Positions 25,516 through 39,975 of a stretch of DNA of 64,000 nt are shown one piece after another. Below the pieces are notes generated by a model, which was not told where the DNA came from, did no database searches, and was given only the letters and a program-made list of their open reading frames with translations. Within the stretch, counting starts at the first letter, position 1. Every line of letters begins with the position of its first letter. The translations under genes and the position numbers were made by a program. The stretch comes from Malacoraja senta (Eukaryota): assembly GCA_038087875.1 (NCBI GenBank), contig CM075995.1:8868001-8932000 (forward strand). Reading direction: 5' to 3'.

Positions 25516-28251
25516 TCCCTCCACCACCTCCAGTTTAAATTCCATTTGAAATATTTTGGAAGACCAAGAAACCAAGAACCAAGAACACAACATACCAGAA
25601 ATTCAACATCTACTTATTTTCCAACTGCTTTCCTATGAAGTATCTTATTTAAAGCCGGATAATGTCCAAGTGTATAGTGTAGAGCTACAGGGAGAGGTTG
25701 AGTAGGCTGGGAGGTAGACAAAAGTGCTGGAGAAACTCAGCGGGTGCAGCAGCATCTATGGAGCGAAGGAAATAGGCAACGTTTTGGGCCGAAACCCTTC
25801 TTCAGACTAGGTACTTGAGCAGGCTGGGTCTCTATTCCTTGGAGCGCAGAAGGATGGGGGGTGATCTTGTAGAGGTGTACAATATCATAAGAGGAATAGA
25901 TCAGGTCTCTTGCCCATAGGTGAATCAAGGACCAGAGGACAAAGGTTTAAGGTGATGGGGTGGGGGGGGGGGGTGGGGGGTAGATCGGAACCCAATGGGT
26001 AACCTTTTCACACAAAGGGTGGGGGGTGTATGGAATGAGCTGCTGGAGGAGGTAGGCACTATTGTAATGGTTAAGAAGCAGTTAGACAGGTACATGGATA
26101 GGACAGGTTTAGAGGGATATGGGCCAAATGCAGGCAGGTGGGACTAGTGTCGATGGGATATGTTGGCTGGTTTGGGCAAGTTGGGCTGAAGGGCCTGTTT
26201 CCACACTATCACTCTATGACTCTATCTCAACACTTAATCACAGATTTGACATTTAATCAATAACATTGATGATTTGTACCACAATTCTTCCCTCTTGTAC
26301 ATCCCACGCTAATTCCTATCAATTAATTTAGGATCCACAGCGGTTTCATAATGTATTTTAATTCTAATTGTAAAATTCCCCAGGTGCTGACGAGACTAAC
26401 AAGGTTGTATTTACCCTTGTGAATGCACCACAGTGGCTCAGTTCAGTTTAGTTTATTGTCACGTGTACCAAGTGTACAGTGAAAAGCTTTTGTTGCGTGC
26501 TATCCAGTCAGAGGAAAGATTATACATGATTACAGTCGAGCCGTTCTCAGTGTACAGATAAATGATAAGGGAATAATGTTTAGTGCAAGGTAAAGCCAGC
26601 AAAGTCCAATCAAAGATAGTCCGAGGGTCACCAATGAGGTAGATAGCAGTTCAGCACTGCTCTCTGGTTGTGGTAGGATGGTTCAGTTGCCTGATAACAG
26701 CTGGGAAGAAACTGTCCCTGAATCTGGAGGTGTGCGCTTTCACACTTCTGTACCATTTGCCCGATGGGAGAGGGGGAGAAGAGAGAGTGACCGGGGGTGA
26801 GACTGGTCCTTGATGATGCTGCTGGCCTTGCCGAGGCAGCGTGAGGTGTAGATGGAGTCAATGGAAGGGAGGTTGGTTTGTGTGACGGTCTGGGCTGCGT
26901 CCACAATTCTCTGCAATTTCTTGTGGTCTTGGATGGAGCTGTTCCCAAACCGTGCCGCGATGCATCCCGATAAAATGCTTTCTACGGCGCATCTGTAGAA
27001 GTTGGTGAGACTTGTTTGTGAGAAGTTGTAAACGCACACCTCCAAATTTAGGGGACAGTTTCTTCCGGCTGTTATCAAGCAACTGAACCGTCCTCTCACC
27101 AACTAGAGAGCGGTCCTGACCTCCCAACTACCTCATTGGCGGCCTTCAAACTATCTTTAATCGGACCTGACTGGACTTTGCACTAAACATTATTCCCTTT
27201 ATCCTGTATCTGTACACTGTGGACGGCTTGACTAATCATGTATTGTCTTTCCACTGACTGGATAGCACGCAACAAAAGCTTTTCACTGTACCTCGGTACA
27301 CGTGACAATAATCTAAACTAAAATAAACAAGCGCATGAGAGGAATAGGTTGGGTAAACGCACAGAGTCTTTTGCCAAGAGTAGTGCAATCCAGAACCATA
27401 CGACATAGTTTAAGGCGAGGGGGGGGGGGGGGAAGTTTTAATAGGAACCTGAGGGGTAACTTTTTCTACAAAAAGGGAGGCGGGTGTACGGAACGAGCTG
27501 CCGGAAGAGGTAGTTGGGGCTGGGACTATCCAATGTTGAAAAGACATTAGAACAGGTACATGGATAGGACAGGTTTAGAGGGATATGGGCCAAGCATGGG
27601 CAGGTTGGACTAGTGTAGATCGGACATGTTGGGCAGTGTGGGCAAGTTGGGCCGAAGGCCTGTTTCCGCGCTCTACGACTCTATCCTGGCATCACGGGTA
27701 GATAGGGTGACAAAAAAGGCTCATGGCAGGCTGGCATTCATCAGTCAGGTTACTGGGTATAGAAGTTGGGTTGAGGACGTTCTCCTTCTCTCTCCGACGA
27801 GAGTTCTGCAGCATCCTCTCTCGCAGCTCGACCCGAAACGTGGCCCATTCCTTCTCTCCAGAGATGCTGCCTCACCCGCTGAGTTACTCCAGCACTCTGT
27901 GTCTATAGAAGTTGGGTTGTTATGTTATATTTGTACAAGGCATTGGTGAGGGGCGCACTTGGAGTATTGTGTTCAGTTTTGGTCTCCCTGCTGCAGGGTT
28001 GATGGCATAGACTCACTGAGTGACACAGCGGGCAAACAGGCCCTTTGTCCCATCTTGCCCAAACCGACCAACATGTCCCATCTGCACTAGTCCCACCTGC
28101 CTGCGTTTAGCCCACAGCCCTCCAAACCTGTCCTATCCATGTACCTATCTAACATTTGGATAGTCCCAGGCTCAACAACCTCCTCCGGCAGCCCGTTCCA
28201 TACACCCACCAGCCTTTGTGTAAAACAGGTCACCCCTCAGGTTCCTATTTA

Positions 28252-28478
28252 AGGGCCTGTCCCACTTGGCGATTTTTTCGGCGACTGCCGGCATCATGTC
28301 AGTGTCGGCAAAAGATTTTGAACATATCAAAATCCAGCGGCGACAGAAAAAAATGTTGCGACACTTGAAAAAACACCGCGCGTCAATACGTCATCACGCC
28401 GCGAATTTTTCGGTGACCTGATACGTCAGTCAATGATGCCGGCAGTCACCGAAAAAATCGGCAAGTGGGACAGGCCCT
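28252..28478. mobile_element. PIF/Harbinger-type MITE inserted in a CR1 fragment
   Basis: TIR agggcctgtcccacttg / caagtgggacaggccct with TTA/TAA flanks. Confidence 0.85.
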
Positions 28479-28490
28479 TAAATCATTCCC

Positions 28491-29286
28491 ACAAGTTAGT
28501 GTGGTGGAACCTAACGGCAGCGGCTCGACTAGTCCGTCTGTCTTTTTTTTTATTTTTGTCTCGTTTAAATGTATGTTTTGACTCTGGTTTTTTAATTTAT
28601 TTTTGCTGTGTATATGTGGGGGGTGGGGTGGGGGGGGGGGGGGGGAACCGTTAATCTCTTCCCTGCTCGGGGACCCGACTTTTTCCCTGTCGGGTCTCCG
28701 ATGTCGTTGGGCCTAGCATCGTGGAGCCGGCCGGGACCAACCTGAGGGCTCCAGTCGCGGAGCCTGCGGACCTGACATCGCGGAGCTGGCCGACTTCGGA
28801 GCGGGGAGAGCTGTGGTGGCGCGTGGCTGCGACCCGACTTCGGAGCTTCGGAAGCTCCGGCCGCAGGCCAGTGGACAGGAACATCGGGAGCTCACAGGTC
28901 CCTGGTGGGAGACCGCTTTTCGGAGCTCCCGCAACGGCAACTTCCCTCGCTGGAATCGCGGGGTTTAAAGGACTAAGAGCAGGGCCTAACATCGCCTGGC
29001 GCGGCTTAAACGGCCACGGGACTTACCATCGCCTGCCGGGGGCTTTAACATCGGGAGCCCCAGTTCGCCTCGACACTGCAGTTGGACTGCTGGACCGCGG
29101 GAGAAGAACAAAGGGAAGAGATAAGACTTTTGCCTTCCAGTGAGGGGGTGTTGGAGATTCACTGTGATGGATGTTTGTGTTCAGTGTGGGTCTTGTTTTT
29201 TTTTTGTAATGTTGAGACTGTAGAAAATGCAATTTCGTTCAAACCAATCTGTTTGAATGACAATAAAAGGCATTCTATTCTATTCT
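28491..29286 (+). mobile_element. Unclassified GC-rich non-coding retro-insert with a GACAATAAA...(ATTCT)n tail
   Basis: Interrupts a CR1 fragment (aatcattccc|tcaccttaaacc) and has a LINE-like simple-repeat tail. Confidence 0.5.
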
Positions 29287-30117
29287 CACCTTAAACCTAT
29301 GTCCTCTGGTCCTCGATTCCCCTACTCTGGGCAAGAGACTCTGTGCATCTACCCGATCTATTCCGCTCATGACTTTGTACACCTCTCTCCCCTCATCCTC
29401 CTGCGCTCCAAGGAATAGAGTCCCAGCCTACTCAACCTCGGCCTGCAGCCATAAAAATAACCAAAGGTTAAAAAAAAATGAAAATGTCTTTGAAAAAATC
29501 GATTCTGGCTCATTTATTGCTGTGTAAGGAGGCGGTTTCTTAGGATGCAATTTTTGAATTATTGTTTAAAAGATCTACATTTTTGTCCTTGCGTTTCAAA
29601 TAATCTTAAGGTCATAAAATCTTAAAAAGTCCATGAATAGGCAAATCAGTGGGAAATTGTGCAGTTAGATACTTCCCTTGCTGGAAAGCCGAAATAAAAA
29701 CAGAAATGGGTGGCGCGATGGCGCAGAGGTAGAGCTGCTGCCTCACAGCGCCAGAGACCCGGGTCCAATCATGACCACGGGTGCTGTCTGTACGGAGTTT
29801 GCACGTTCTCCCCGTGACCTGCGTGGGTGTCCTTCCTGTGCTCCGGGTTTGCTCCCGCACTCCAAAGACGTGCAGGTTTGTCGGTTAATTGGCCCTCTGT
29901 AAATTGCCTCTAATGTGTAGGGAGTGGATGAGAAATTGGGGATAGGATAGAACTGGTGCGGACGGGTGATGGATGGTCAGCATGTTGGGCCGAAGGGCCT
30001 GATTCCATGCTGTGTCTTTCAATCAATGGTGGAGAAAGGTAATTGAAAATGCATTTGCGCTCTTGTCTGAAGACGCAAGGAACTGCAGGTGCTGGTTTAC
30101 AAAAAAAAAGACTCCAC

Positions 30118-30416
30118 GTGCTGGACTAACTCGGCAGGTCAGGCAGCATCTGTGGAGAACATGGATAGGTGACGTTTCACAGAGTGCTGGAGTTACTCAG
30201 CGGGTCAGGCAGCATCTGTGGAGAACATGGATAGGTGACGTTTCACAGAGTGCTGGAGTAACTCAGCGGGTCAGGCAGCATCTGTGGAGAACATGGATAG
30301 GTGACGTTTCACAGAGTGCTGGAGTAACTCAGCGGGTCAGGCAGCATCTGTGGAGAACATGGATAGGTGATGTTTCACAGAGTGCTGGAGTAACTCAGCG
30401 GGTCAGGCAGCATCTC
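30118..30416 (-). repeat. 66-bp tandem array (~4.5 units)
   Basis: Directly visible. Confidence 0.95.
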
Positions 30417-32719
30417 TTGAGTATATTGTCACCTGTACCGGGGTACAGTGAAAAACCTTTGTTGCGTGCTAACCAGTCAGCAGAAAGACAATACATGATT
30501 ACAATTGAGACGTCCACGGTGTACAAATACATAATAAAGGGAATAACGTTTAGTGCAAGGTAAAGTCGGATTAAAGATAGTCCAAGAGTCTCCAATGAGA
30601 TAGATGGGAGGTCTACCGTTCTCTAGTTGGTGAGAGGATGGTTCAGTTGTCTGGTAACAGCTGGGAAGAAACTGTCCCTGAATATGGAGGTGTGTGTTTT
30701 CACACTTCTGTACCTCTTGCCTGAAGGGAGAGGGGAGAAGAGGGAGCGGCCGGGGGTGAGACTGGTCCTTGATGATGCTGCTGGCCTTGCTGAGGCAGCA
30801 CGAGGTGTAGATGGAGTCAATGGAAGGGAGGTTGGTTTGTGCGATGGTCTGGGCTGCGTCCACAATTCGCCGCAGTCTCTTGCTGTGTTGGCTGGAGCTG
30901 ATCCCAAGCCAAGTATCTAATGCAGAAAAGCAACTTCGGAAAGTTCTTCATTTTTACATTTAATTGTAACAGTCTATAGCTGCTGCCCAATTAATAATGT
31001 AATCAGTATTAGTGCTATTAACTATCTCATTGTTTCTCCAGCTTAATCCAGTTAAAAGATTTTATGAAAGTTGTCCAGCTTCCACTCCTTGCGTCTGAAT
31101 TATCAGCAAATTCCCCACTTAACTCCTCCGCAAAGAGATTCTTCACCAAATGACCGCACCACAAGAGGCCAGACAGTTCTCATCCTCTGCAGAAAATCAG
31201 CCATCAATAATAACTGCATCCTCACCAGCATGCCAAGACTTATATTTTCAATCAGCATAAAGCATTATATTGCAGAATAATGTTACACTGCAGCGGTGGA
31301 GTTGCTGCCTCACAGCGCCAGAGACCTGGGTTTCATCCTGACCACGGTTGCAGTCTGTACGGAGTTTGTACGTTCTCCCCGTGACCTGCGTGGGTTTTCT
31401 CCGGGTGCTCCGGTTTCCTCCCACGTCCCTTGAGTGCAGCGTAGGTTTACAAGGTTAATTCCTGGGATGGCGGGACTGTCATATGCTGAGAGAATGGAGC
31501 GGCTGGGCTTGTACACTCTGGAGTTTAGAAGGATGAGAGGGCATTTCATTGAAACATATAAGATTGTTAAGGGCTTGGACACACTAGAGGCAGGAAACAT
31601 GTTCCCGATGTTGGGGAGTCCAGAACCAGGGGCCACAGTTTAAGAATAAGGAGTAAGCCATTTAGAACGGAGACGAGGAAACACATTTTCTCACAGAGAG
31701 TTGTGAGTCTGTGGAATTCTCTGCCTCAGAGGGCAGTGGAGGCAGGTTCTCTGGATGCTTTCAAGGGAGAGCTAGATGGGGCTCTTAAAAATAGCGGAGT
31801 CAGGGGATATGGGGAGAAGGCAGGCACGGGGTACTGATTGGGGATGATCAGCCATGATCACATTGAATGGCGGTGCTGGCTCGAAGGGCCAAATGGCCTG
31901 CTCCTGCACCTATTGTCTATTGTCACAACTAGAGAGCCGTCCTGAACTACCATCTTCCTCATTGGTGACCCTCGGACTATCTTTGATCGGACTTTACTGG
32001 CTTCACCTTGCACTAAACATTATTCCCTTTTTGGGTCTCGACCCGAAACGTCACCTATTCCTTCGCTCCATAGATGCTGGCTCACCCGCTGAGTTCCTCC
32101 AGCATTTTTGTCTACCTTCCATTTTTCCAGCATCTGCAGTTCTTTCTTAGACATTCCCTTTGTCACATATCCATACACTGAGGACAGCTTGATTGTAATC
32201 ATGTATAGTCTTTGCACTAGCTGGTTTGTTGATTAGTACGGGTGTCGGGGTTATGGGGAGAAGGCAGGAGAATGCGGTTAGGAGGGAGAAACTGATAAGC
32301 CATGATTGAATGGTGGAGTAGACTTGATGGGCTGAATGGCCTAATTCTACTCCTATCACATATGACCTTATGGTTAGTAGGCAACGAAAGCTTTTCACTG
32401 CACCTCTACACATGACAATAAACCAAACCAAACTAGTCTTTTCTCCGACCAAATAGCACGCAATAAAAACGTTTTTCACTGTATCTCGATATATGTGACA
32501 ATATCATAATCAACTAACATCCACTGAACTAACCTATGAAATACCTCCTGAGCTGCTGAGTTACTCCAGCACTTTGTGTCTTTTTTTGTAAACCACCATC
32601 TGCAGTTCTGTGTAACCCCAGGTGTTGGCAGTGGGCTATGTACAAATAGGGTAACGCTACTTTTCGAGATACGGCATGGACACAAGCCGTTTGGCCCACC
32701 GAAACCGCGCCGACCAGCC

Positions 32720-33045
32720 ATCACCTATCCATGTTCTCCACAGATGCTGCCTGTCCCGCTGAGTAACTCCAGCACTCTGTGAAACGTCACCTATCCATGT
32801 TCTCCACAGATGCTGCCTGTCCCGCTGAGTAACTCCAGCACTCTGTGAAACGTCACCTATCCATGTTCTCCACAGATGCTGCCTGACCCGCTGAGTTACT
32901 CCAGCACTCTGTGAAACGTCACCTATCCATGTTCTCCACAGATGCTGCCTGACCCGCTGAGTTACTCCAGCACTCTGTGAAACGTCACCTATCCATGTTC
33001 TCCACAGATGCTGCCTGACCTGCTGAGTTACTCCAGCACTCTGTC
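32720..33045 (+). repeat. 66-bp tandem array (~5 units)
   Basis: Directly visible. Confidence 0.95.
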
Positions 33046-33079
33046 GTTTTTGTCAATCAGCATCTGCAGTTCCTTGATT

Positions 33080-33765
33080 GCCTTTGGACTCTGTGGAGTC
33101 TTTTAAGTTCCTGGGAACCATCATCTCCAAGGACCTTAAGTTGGGGGGCTATCGACTCCACAGTCAAAAAGGCACAACAGAGGATGTACTTCCTGCGGCA
33201 GCTGAGGAAGCACAATCTGCCACAGGCAATGATGGTCCAATTCTACACGGCCATCGTAGAGTCTGTTCTCACCTTCTCCATCATGGTCTGGTTTGGCTCA
33301 GCCACCAAGCACGACATCCGGAGGCTGCAGCGAATCGTCCGATCAGCAGAGAAGGTTATTGGCTGCAACCTTCCCTCCATTGATGAACTGTACACTGCAA
33401 GGGCCAGGAAGCGAGCGGGCAAGATCATCTCTGACCCCTCTCACCCTGGCCACAAACTCTTTGAATCACTTCCCTCTGGAAGGCGACTCCGGACTGTCAA
33501 AGCTGCCACAGCCAGACATAAAAACTGTTTTTATCCACGAGTAGTTGCTCTACTCAACAGCCAAAAATCTGTAGCCTCCCTTTGGTCTGGTATTTTGTTG
33601 GTTCACATGCTTGATCAATGGTGTTTTATCATTAATGTTTTATTATTATTAATGTTTAGTGTTTTCTGAGTCATTCGTAACTGTCACTGTATGTCATGTT
33701 GTTACTTGTGGGCGGAGCACCAAGGCAAATTCCTTGTATGTGAATACTTGGCCAATAAACTTACT
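33080..33765 (+). mobile_element. Rex1/Babar 3' fragment. Related fragments at ~2970-3410, 6420-6680, 13580-13770, 26450-27320, 30420-30910
   Basis: VESFKFLG...YFLRQLRK...FYTAIVESVL...LPSGRR motifs; others end SRFRDSFFPAVIRQLN. Confidence 0.85.
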
Positions 33766-35304
33766 TCTCTGCCCTGACTTGGTCTATACGAATTTTGTTT
33801 TGTTTAGAGAACAAGGCCCTTCGGCCCACCGTGTCTGCACCGACCGGTGGATCCTCCACACTAACCTTATCCTACACACACTAGGGACAATTACACATTT
33901 ATACCAAGCCAATTAACCTACAAACCTGCACGGGGTTGGAGTCTGGGAGGAAACCAATTATCCTGGAGAAAACCCACACAGGTCACGGGGAGAGCGTGCA
34001 AACTCCGTACAGACAGCGGCCGTAGTCAGGATGGAACCCGGGTCTCTGGCGCTGCGAGGCAGCAACTCTACCCACTGCACCACCGTGCCGCCCCAACATT
34101 GGACATCACACACACATTCAAATTAAAAAAAATCACGGTTAACTCATTCCCATTTCTGAAAATGCCACTTAACATTTTTACCCCACTTGGGCTATTTTTT
34201 GGAATGTAATTTAGTTTGAGGCTGCGTTTCGGTGTGGCTCGGTTTTGTTTATGAGATTTGAAAAATCAGTAACCACTCTAAGTGGGTCAAAGAGCAGGAA
34301 ACAAAAGCAGCAAAGGAGATTTCAATTGTGTTTTAAACACAAACCTGATTCTGCTCGAGAGGAATCAATAGACAATGGGTGCAGGAGTAGTCCATTCGGC
34401 CCTTCGAGCCAGCACCGCCATTCAATGTGATCATGGCCGATCATCCCCAGAATCACGAGGGGAATAGATCGGGTAGACGCACAGAGTCTCCTGCCCAGAG
34501 TAGGGGAATCGAGGACCAGAGGACGTAGGTTTAAGGTGAAGGGGAGAAGATTTAATAGGAACCTGAGGGGTAACATTGCACACAAAGGGTGGTGGGTGTA
34601 CGGAACGAGCTGCCGGCTGAGGTAGTTGAGGCTGGGACTATCCCAACTTTTAGAAAACAATTAGACAGGTACATGGCTAGGACGGGTTTGGAGGGATATG
34701 GGCCAAATGTGGGCAGGTGGGACTAGTGTAGATGGGGGATGTTGGTCGGTGTGGGCAAGTTGGGCCGAAGGGCCTGTTTCCACGCTGCATCACTCGATGA
34801 CTCCATCTATACCCATCACTATTGAGATGTAACTTAGTTCCAGAGCCACCATACAATTTCTTTGCACAGAGTCTCTTGCCCAGAGTAGGTGAATCGAAGA
34901 CCAGAGGAGAAGGGAGCAGCGGGGTACTGATTGGGGATGATCAGACATGATCACATTGAATGGCGGTGCTGGCTCGAAGGGCCGAATGGCCTATTCCTGC
35001 ACCTATTGTCTATTGAGATAGATTTAAGGTGAAGGGGAAAAGATTTAATAGGAACCCGAGGGGTAACTTTTTCCTACACAAAGGGTGGCGGGTGTATGGA
35101 ACGAGCTGCCGGAAGAGGTAGTTGAGGCAGGGACTATCACAACGTATAAGGCAGGTACATGGATAGGATGGGTTTTGGAGGGATATGGGCCAAACTCAGG
35201 CAGGTGAGACTAGTGTAGATGGGACATGTTGGCCGGTGTGGGCAAGTTGGGCCGAAAGGCCTGTTTGCACACTGTATGAATGCAGGGCTGAGCATTCTAT
35301 TTGC

Positions 35305-35790
35305 CAGAGTGAGGCCCAACGCAAATTGGAGGAACAGCACCTCATATTTCGCTTGGGCAGCTTACACCCCAGCGGTATGAACATTGACTTCTCCAACTTC
35401 AAGTAACCCTTGCTTCCCCTCTCTCTGGGTCCCTCCCCCACCCTAGTCGCGTACTAGTTTCACTGTCGACCGGTTAAGTTCCACTATCTGTATCTAGTCG
35501 TTATCACCGATTCCACTGCCTACAATGGAGCATTGTGGGCTCCACATTTCCTTGATTATCGTTGCTCTCTGCATATCTTCCACTCATTTATCCTAAGTAC
35601 CGTCTATATCTCTCGCTCCCCTCTCCCCTGACTCTCAGTCTGAAGACGGGTCTTGACCCAAAACGTCATCTATTGCATTTTGCTCCAGAACTGCTGCCTG
35701 ACCCGCTGAGTTATTCCAGCACTCTGTGAAACGTCACCTATCCATGTTCTCCACAGATGCTGCCTGACCCGCTGAGTTACTCCAGCACTG
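35305..35790 (+). mobile_element. Penelope-like element 3' end
   Basis: EAQRKLEEQHLIFRLGSLHPSGMNIDFSNFK* (GIY-YIG tail motif LxPxGxN), then UTR, CTGAAGA-stem-AAAACGTC and two 66-bp units. Confidence 0.75.
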
Positions 35791-36399
35791 TGTGTCTCTG
35801 CAGGGCTCCTGCCATGTTAATGAGCCATTCCAAAAATAAATTATTCATAATATTTTGAAAGCATAAAACCTAGAAAACGTATTAAAGTGAACCGTGTCAA
35901 AGAAATTACCACAGCAAAGGCAATACAGAGGGGAACAATTGGACTGTAAGTATAAATGCTTCTGGCTAATGCCTGCAGGCTCGAAGCGAATGAAATGTTA
36001 AATTCTGTTTTATTAAACCTGACTCTCAAGATTCCAACTGTGAGCCCGCACTTGGAGTACTGTGTTCAGTTTTGCCCACCCTGTTTGACCCTGTTAAGCT
36101 GGAAAGAGTGCAGAGATCATGTAGGAAGGAATTTGTGACGCTTCGGGCTGAGAAGAAGGGTCTCGACCAGAAACGTCACCCATTCCTTCCCTCCAGAGAT
36201 GCTGCCTCTGTCCCGCTGAGTTGCTCCAGCATTGAGTGTCTTATCTTCGGCAGGAAGGAACTGCAGATGCTGGTTTACGCCGAAGACAGACCCAAAAATG
36301 CTGGAGTAACTCGGCAGGACAGGTATCTGAAGAGGGTGACATCTCTTGACCCGAGATGTCACCTACACCTTTTCTCAAGAGTGCAGAGAAGATTTACGT

Positions 36400-36820
36400 T
36401 TAAGAAGGAACTGCAGATGCTGGAAAAATCGAAGGTAGACAAAAAAAATTGCTGGAGAAACTCAGCGGGTGAGGCAGCATCTATGGAGAGAAGGAATAGG
36501 CGACGTTTCGGGTCGAGACCCTTCTTCAGACTGATGTTGGGGGAGGGGGTGGGAAAAAGAAAGGAAGAGGCGGAGACAGTGGGCTGTGGGAGAGCTGGGA
36601 AGGGGAGGGGAAGGAGGGAGAAAGCAGGGACTACCTGAAATTGGAGAAGTCAATGTTCATACCGCTGGGGTGTAAACTACCCAAGCAAAATATGAGGTGC
36701 TGTTCCCCCAATTTACGGTGGGCCTCACTCTGGCCATGGAGGAGGCCCAGGACAGAAAGGCCGGATTCAGAATGGGAGGGGGAGTTGAAGTGCTGGGCCA
36801 CCAGGAGATCAGGTTGGTTA
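36400..36820 (-). mobile_element. Penelope-like element 3' end (duplicate at ~40420-40835)
   Basis: Same GIY-YIG tail plus an intact CTGAAGA AGGGTCTCGACCC GAAACGTC motif at ~36502-36529. Confidence 0.75.
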
Positions 36821-37464
36821 ATACGGAGAAGATTTACGAGGATGTTTCCGGGACTCGAGAGCCTGAGCTACTGGGATAAGTTGGGCAGGCTAAGACTCTA
36901 TTCCTTGGAGCGCAGGAGGATGAGGGGAGAGAGGTTGTGACATCATGTTGCGGTTGTACAAGACGTTGGTGAGGCTGCTTTGGGGGATTATGCTCAGTTT
37001 TGGTCACCCTGCTATAGGAAAGATGCTGTTAAGACTGTGGAGAATAGTGGCGAGGATGTTGCCAGGGCCTGAGCTACAGGGAGAGAGATTGGGCAGACTA
37101 GGACTTTGTTCCTGAATGCAGAAGGGCACAAGTTCATAGGTTCTAGGAGCAGAATTAGGCCATTCAGCCCATCAAGTGTACTCCATCATTCAATCATGGC
37201 TGATCTATTTTTCCCTCTCGACCCTATTCTCCTGCCTTCACCCCGTAACCCCTGACACCCGTAGTGATCAAGAATCTGTCAATCTCCGCCTCAAAAATAT
37301 CCATTAACTTGGCCTCCACAGCCTTCTGTGGCAAAGAATTCCACAGATTCACCACCCTCTGACTAAAGAAATTGCTTATCATCTCCTTTTTAAAGGTACG
37401 TCCATTTATTCTGAGGCTGCGCCCTCTGGTCCTAGACTCTCCCACTAGTGGACACATCCTCTCC

Positions 37465-37875
37465 TTAGTCCCCCTTCGGTCGTGGCTGGCCATGGGTGTC
37501 TCCAAGGTTGGAGGACGCCTGTGCGTGACTTTGTTTAACGTGGGGAGACTGGTGCACAGACAGCCCCCCCCACGGTCCTTGACAGATCTGGGTCAGGATC
37601 CAGTGGCATGGAGTCCAAGACGACCGGAGACCCTTTTCTGCTGCAGCCTTCATCCGCCTTCCCAGCCGTTGTGACGCTCCACTAAGGTCAGCCATCGTCC
37701 TCCGCCTGTTCCACCGTTGAGGTCTTGGTTGGATTGGCTCTTTGTCAGAGACCTCCCCCTCGACCTTACTGGCATGGGTGGGCCTACCAGGAGAATAGCT
37801 CCAGACGGCATCGCTCTCAGGATCTCAGGTCCACACAAGCTTCTCCACCACGACAAGGTGACAATCCACGGAGAA
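37465..37875 (-). mobile_element. Second copy of the RTE-derived element (duplicate at 41480-41889)
   Basis: 11-bp TSD acatcctctcc (37454-37464, 37876-37886) inside a CR1 fragment. Confidence 0.8.
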
Positions 37876-38038
37876 ACATCCTCTCCAGATCCGCTCTATC
37901 CAGGCCTTTCATTATTCGGTAAGTTTCAATGAGATCCCCCCTCAACCTTCTAAACTCCAGCGAGTACAGGCCCAGTGCCGTCAAACGCTCAGCATGGGTT
38001 AACCCACGAGGGTGAGGGGTGAGATGTTGGCATGGTAA

Positions 38039-38809
38039 TGGGCCTGTCCCACTTCGCCGATTTTTCAGCGGACTGCCAAGTTGCCGGCAGTCGTCTGAAA
38101 AACCGGCAACTGGAACAGCGACTGTCAGAGTGGAACACACACACACACACAAACACAAACACAAAGCTTCCTTCACCAGCCCATTATGCAGGCGGGGACA
38201 GGGTAAGCGGGGGGAGCGCTGTCTAAAAAATTCACACGGTGCAAAGCCAAGGTGATACAGACACACACCGCGATGAACGGGAAGGTTGGAGCTGTAATTA
38301 TGACGGCTAAAGCACAGTGTACGGTAACTCCTTTAAAATGGGGGGGGGGGGGGGGGAGAAGGTGGGAGAAGGAGTGGGGACAACCTTTAAGAAGTCTGTG
38401 AAGCTCGGCGGACATTTAACATTACCGGTCGGTTATCCTTGGTTCTGAAAACTACCGCTTACCTTTTTTTCCCCCGATGAGCCAATGAAATTCACCGGTC
38501 AGCACCGGCTACAACCTACGAGAACCTCTGAGAATCTTTGACCTCCTGGCAACCCACTAGGACCTCCTGGCGACCCACCTACGGCACGGGAATTCTCGCT
38601 ACTCTCCAGGGCGGCTTCATTCCAGTCGCCGCTAATTGTTCAACATGTTGAAAAATTCTCGGCGACCATAATGAGGCCGCGACTAGTTCCCAGAATGCGG
38701 GAACTCCTCACGACCATGAAGGCGACTCCCCGGCAACCACCCGCGAACATGTGGCGATCGCATAGTCTCCTGCAGTCGCCTAAAAAGTCGCCTAAGTGAG
38801 ACAGGCCCA
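38039..38809. mobile_element. PIF/Harbinger-type non-autonomous element (duplicate at 42053-42822)
   Basis: TIR tgggcctgtcccactt / aagtgagacaggccca, perfect TAA TSD. Confidence 0.85.
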
Positions 38810-39252
38810 TAAAAAGTTACAGTCATACAAGACATTGGTGAGGTCGCATTCGGAGCACTGTGTTGAGTTTTGCTCAACACTGTGAACGGAAGGATATCAT
38901 CAAGTTGGAAAGACTGCAGAGAAGATTTACAAGGATGTTGCCGGGACTCGAGGGCCTGAGGTGTAGGGGGAGGTTGAGCAGTCTAGGACTCTATTCCTTG
39001 GAGCCGCCGAAGATAAGAGATGATCTTACAGAGGTGTACAAAATCATGAGGCGGATTAGATCGGGTACTTGCACAGGGTAGAAGAATAAAGAACCAGAGG
39101 ACATAGGTTTAAGACAACATTTTCATTCAGAGGGTGGTGGGTAAATGGGACGAGCTGCCAGAGGAGGGAGTTGAGGCAGGTGCAATAACAAAGACATTTG
39201 AACAGGAGCATGAAGTCAAGAGTCACAGAGTCATACAGCACGGAAACAGGCT

Positions 39253-39615
39253 CCACAGATGCTGCCTGACCCGCTGAGTTACTCCAGCACTCTGAAACAT
39301 CACCTATCCATGTTCTCCACCGATGCTGCCTGACCCGCTGAGTTACTCCAGCACTCTGTGAAGCGTCACCTATCCACGTTCTCCACCGATGCTGCCTGAC
39401 CCGCTGAGTTACTCCAGCACTCTGTGAAGCGTCACCTATCCACGTTCTCCACCGATGCTGCCTGACCCGCTGAGTTACTCCAGCACTCTGTGAAACGTCA
39501 CCTATCCATGTTCTCCACCGATGCTGCCTGACCCGCTGAGTTACTCCAGCACTCTGTGAAGCGTCACCTATCCACGTTCTCCACCGATGCTGCCTCTAAG
39601 TTACTCCAGCACTCT
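39253..39615 (+). repeat. 66-bp tandem array (~5.5 units; ~2.5 units in the duplicate at 43263-43430)
   Basis: Directly visible. Confidence 0.95.
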
Positions 39616-39975
39616 ATCTATCCAGTAACATACCACTCATTAAATTTTACCAACCTTTTTACACCTTGTTTCGGTTTGCTGTTAGCCAGCTAATCTTCTA
39701 GCCCCACTGAAAATCTTTTATGCTATGAATTTTCTATTTCCATCAACCTTTCATGCCTTATCAATGTCTTCTCGAAATCTGTTCTCATTTATCTACAGTG
39801 TATTTTTCTTCGAACATAGAACTGAACACAGGAACAGGCCCACAGGAACAGGCCCACAATAACGGGCCCACAGGAACGGGCCCACAGGAACGGGCCCACA
39901 GGAACGGGCCCACAGGAACGGGCCCATAGCAACAGGCCCATAGCAACAGGCCCATAGCAACAGGCCCATAGCAAC

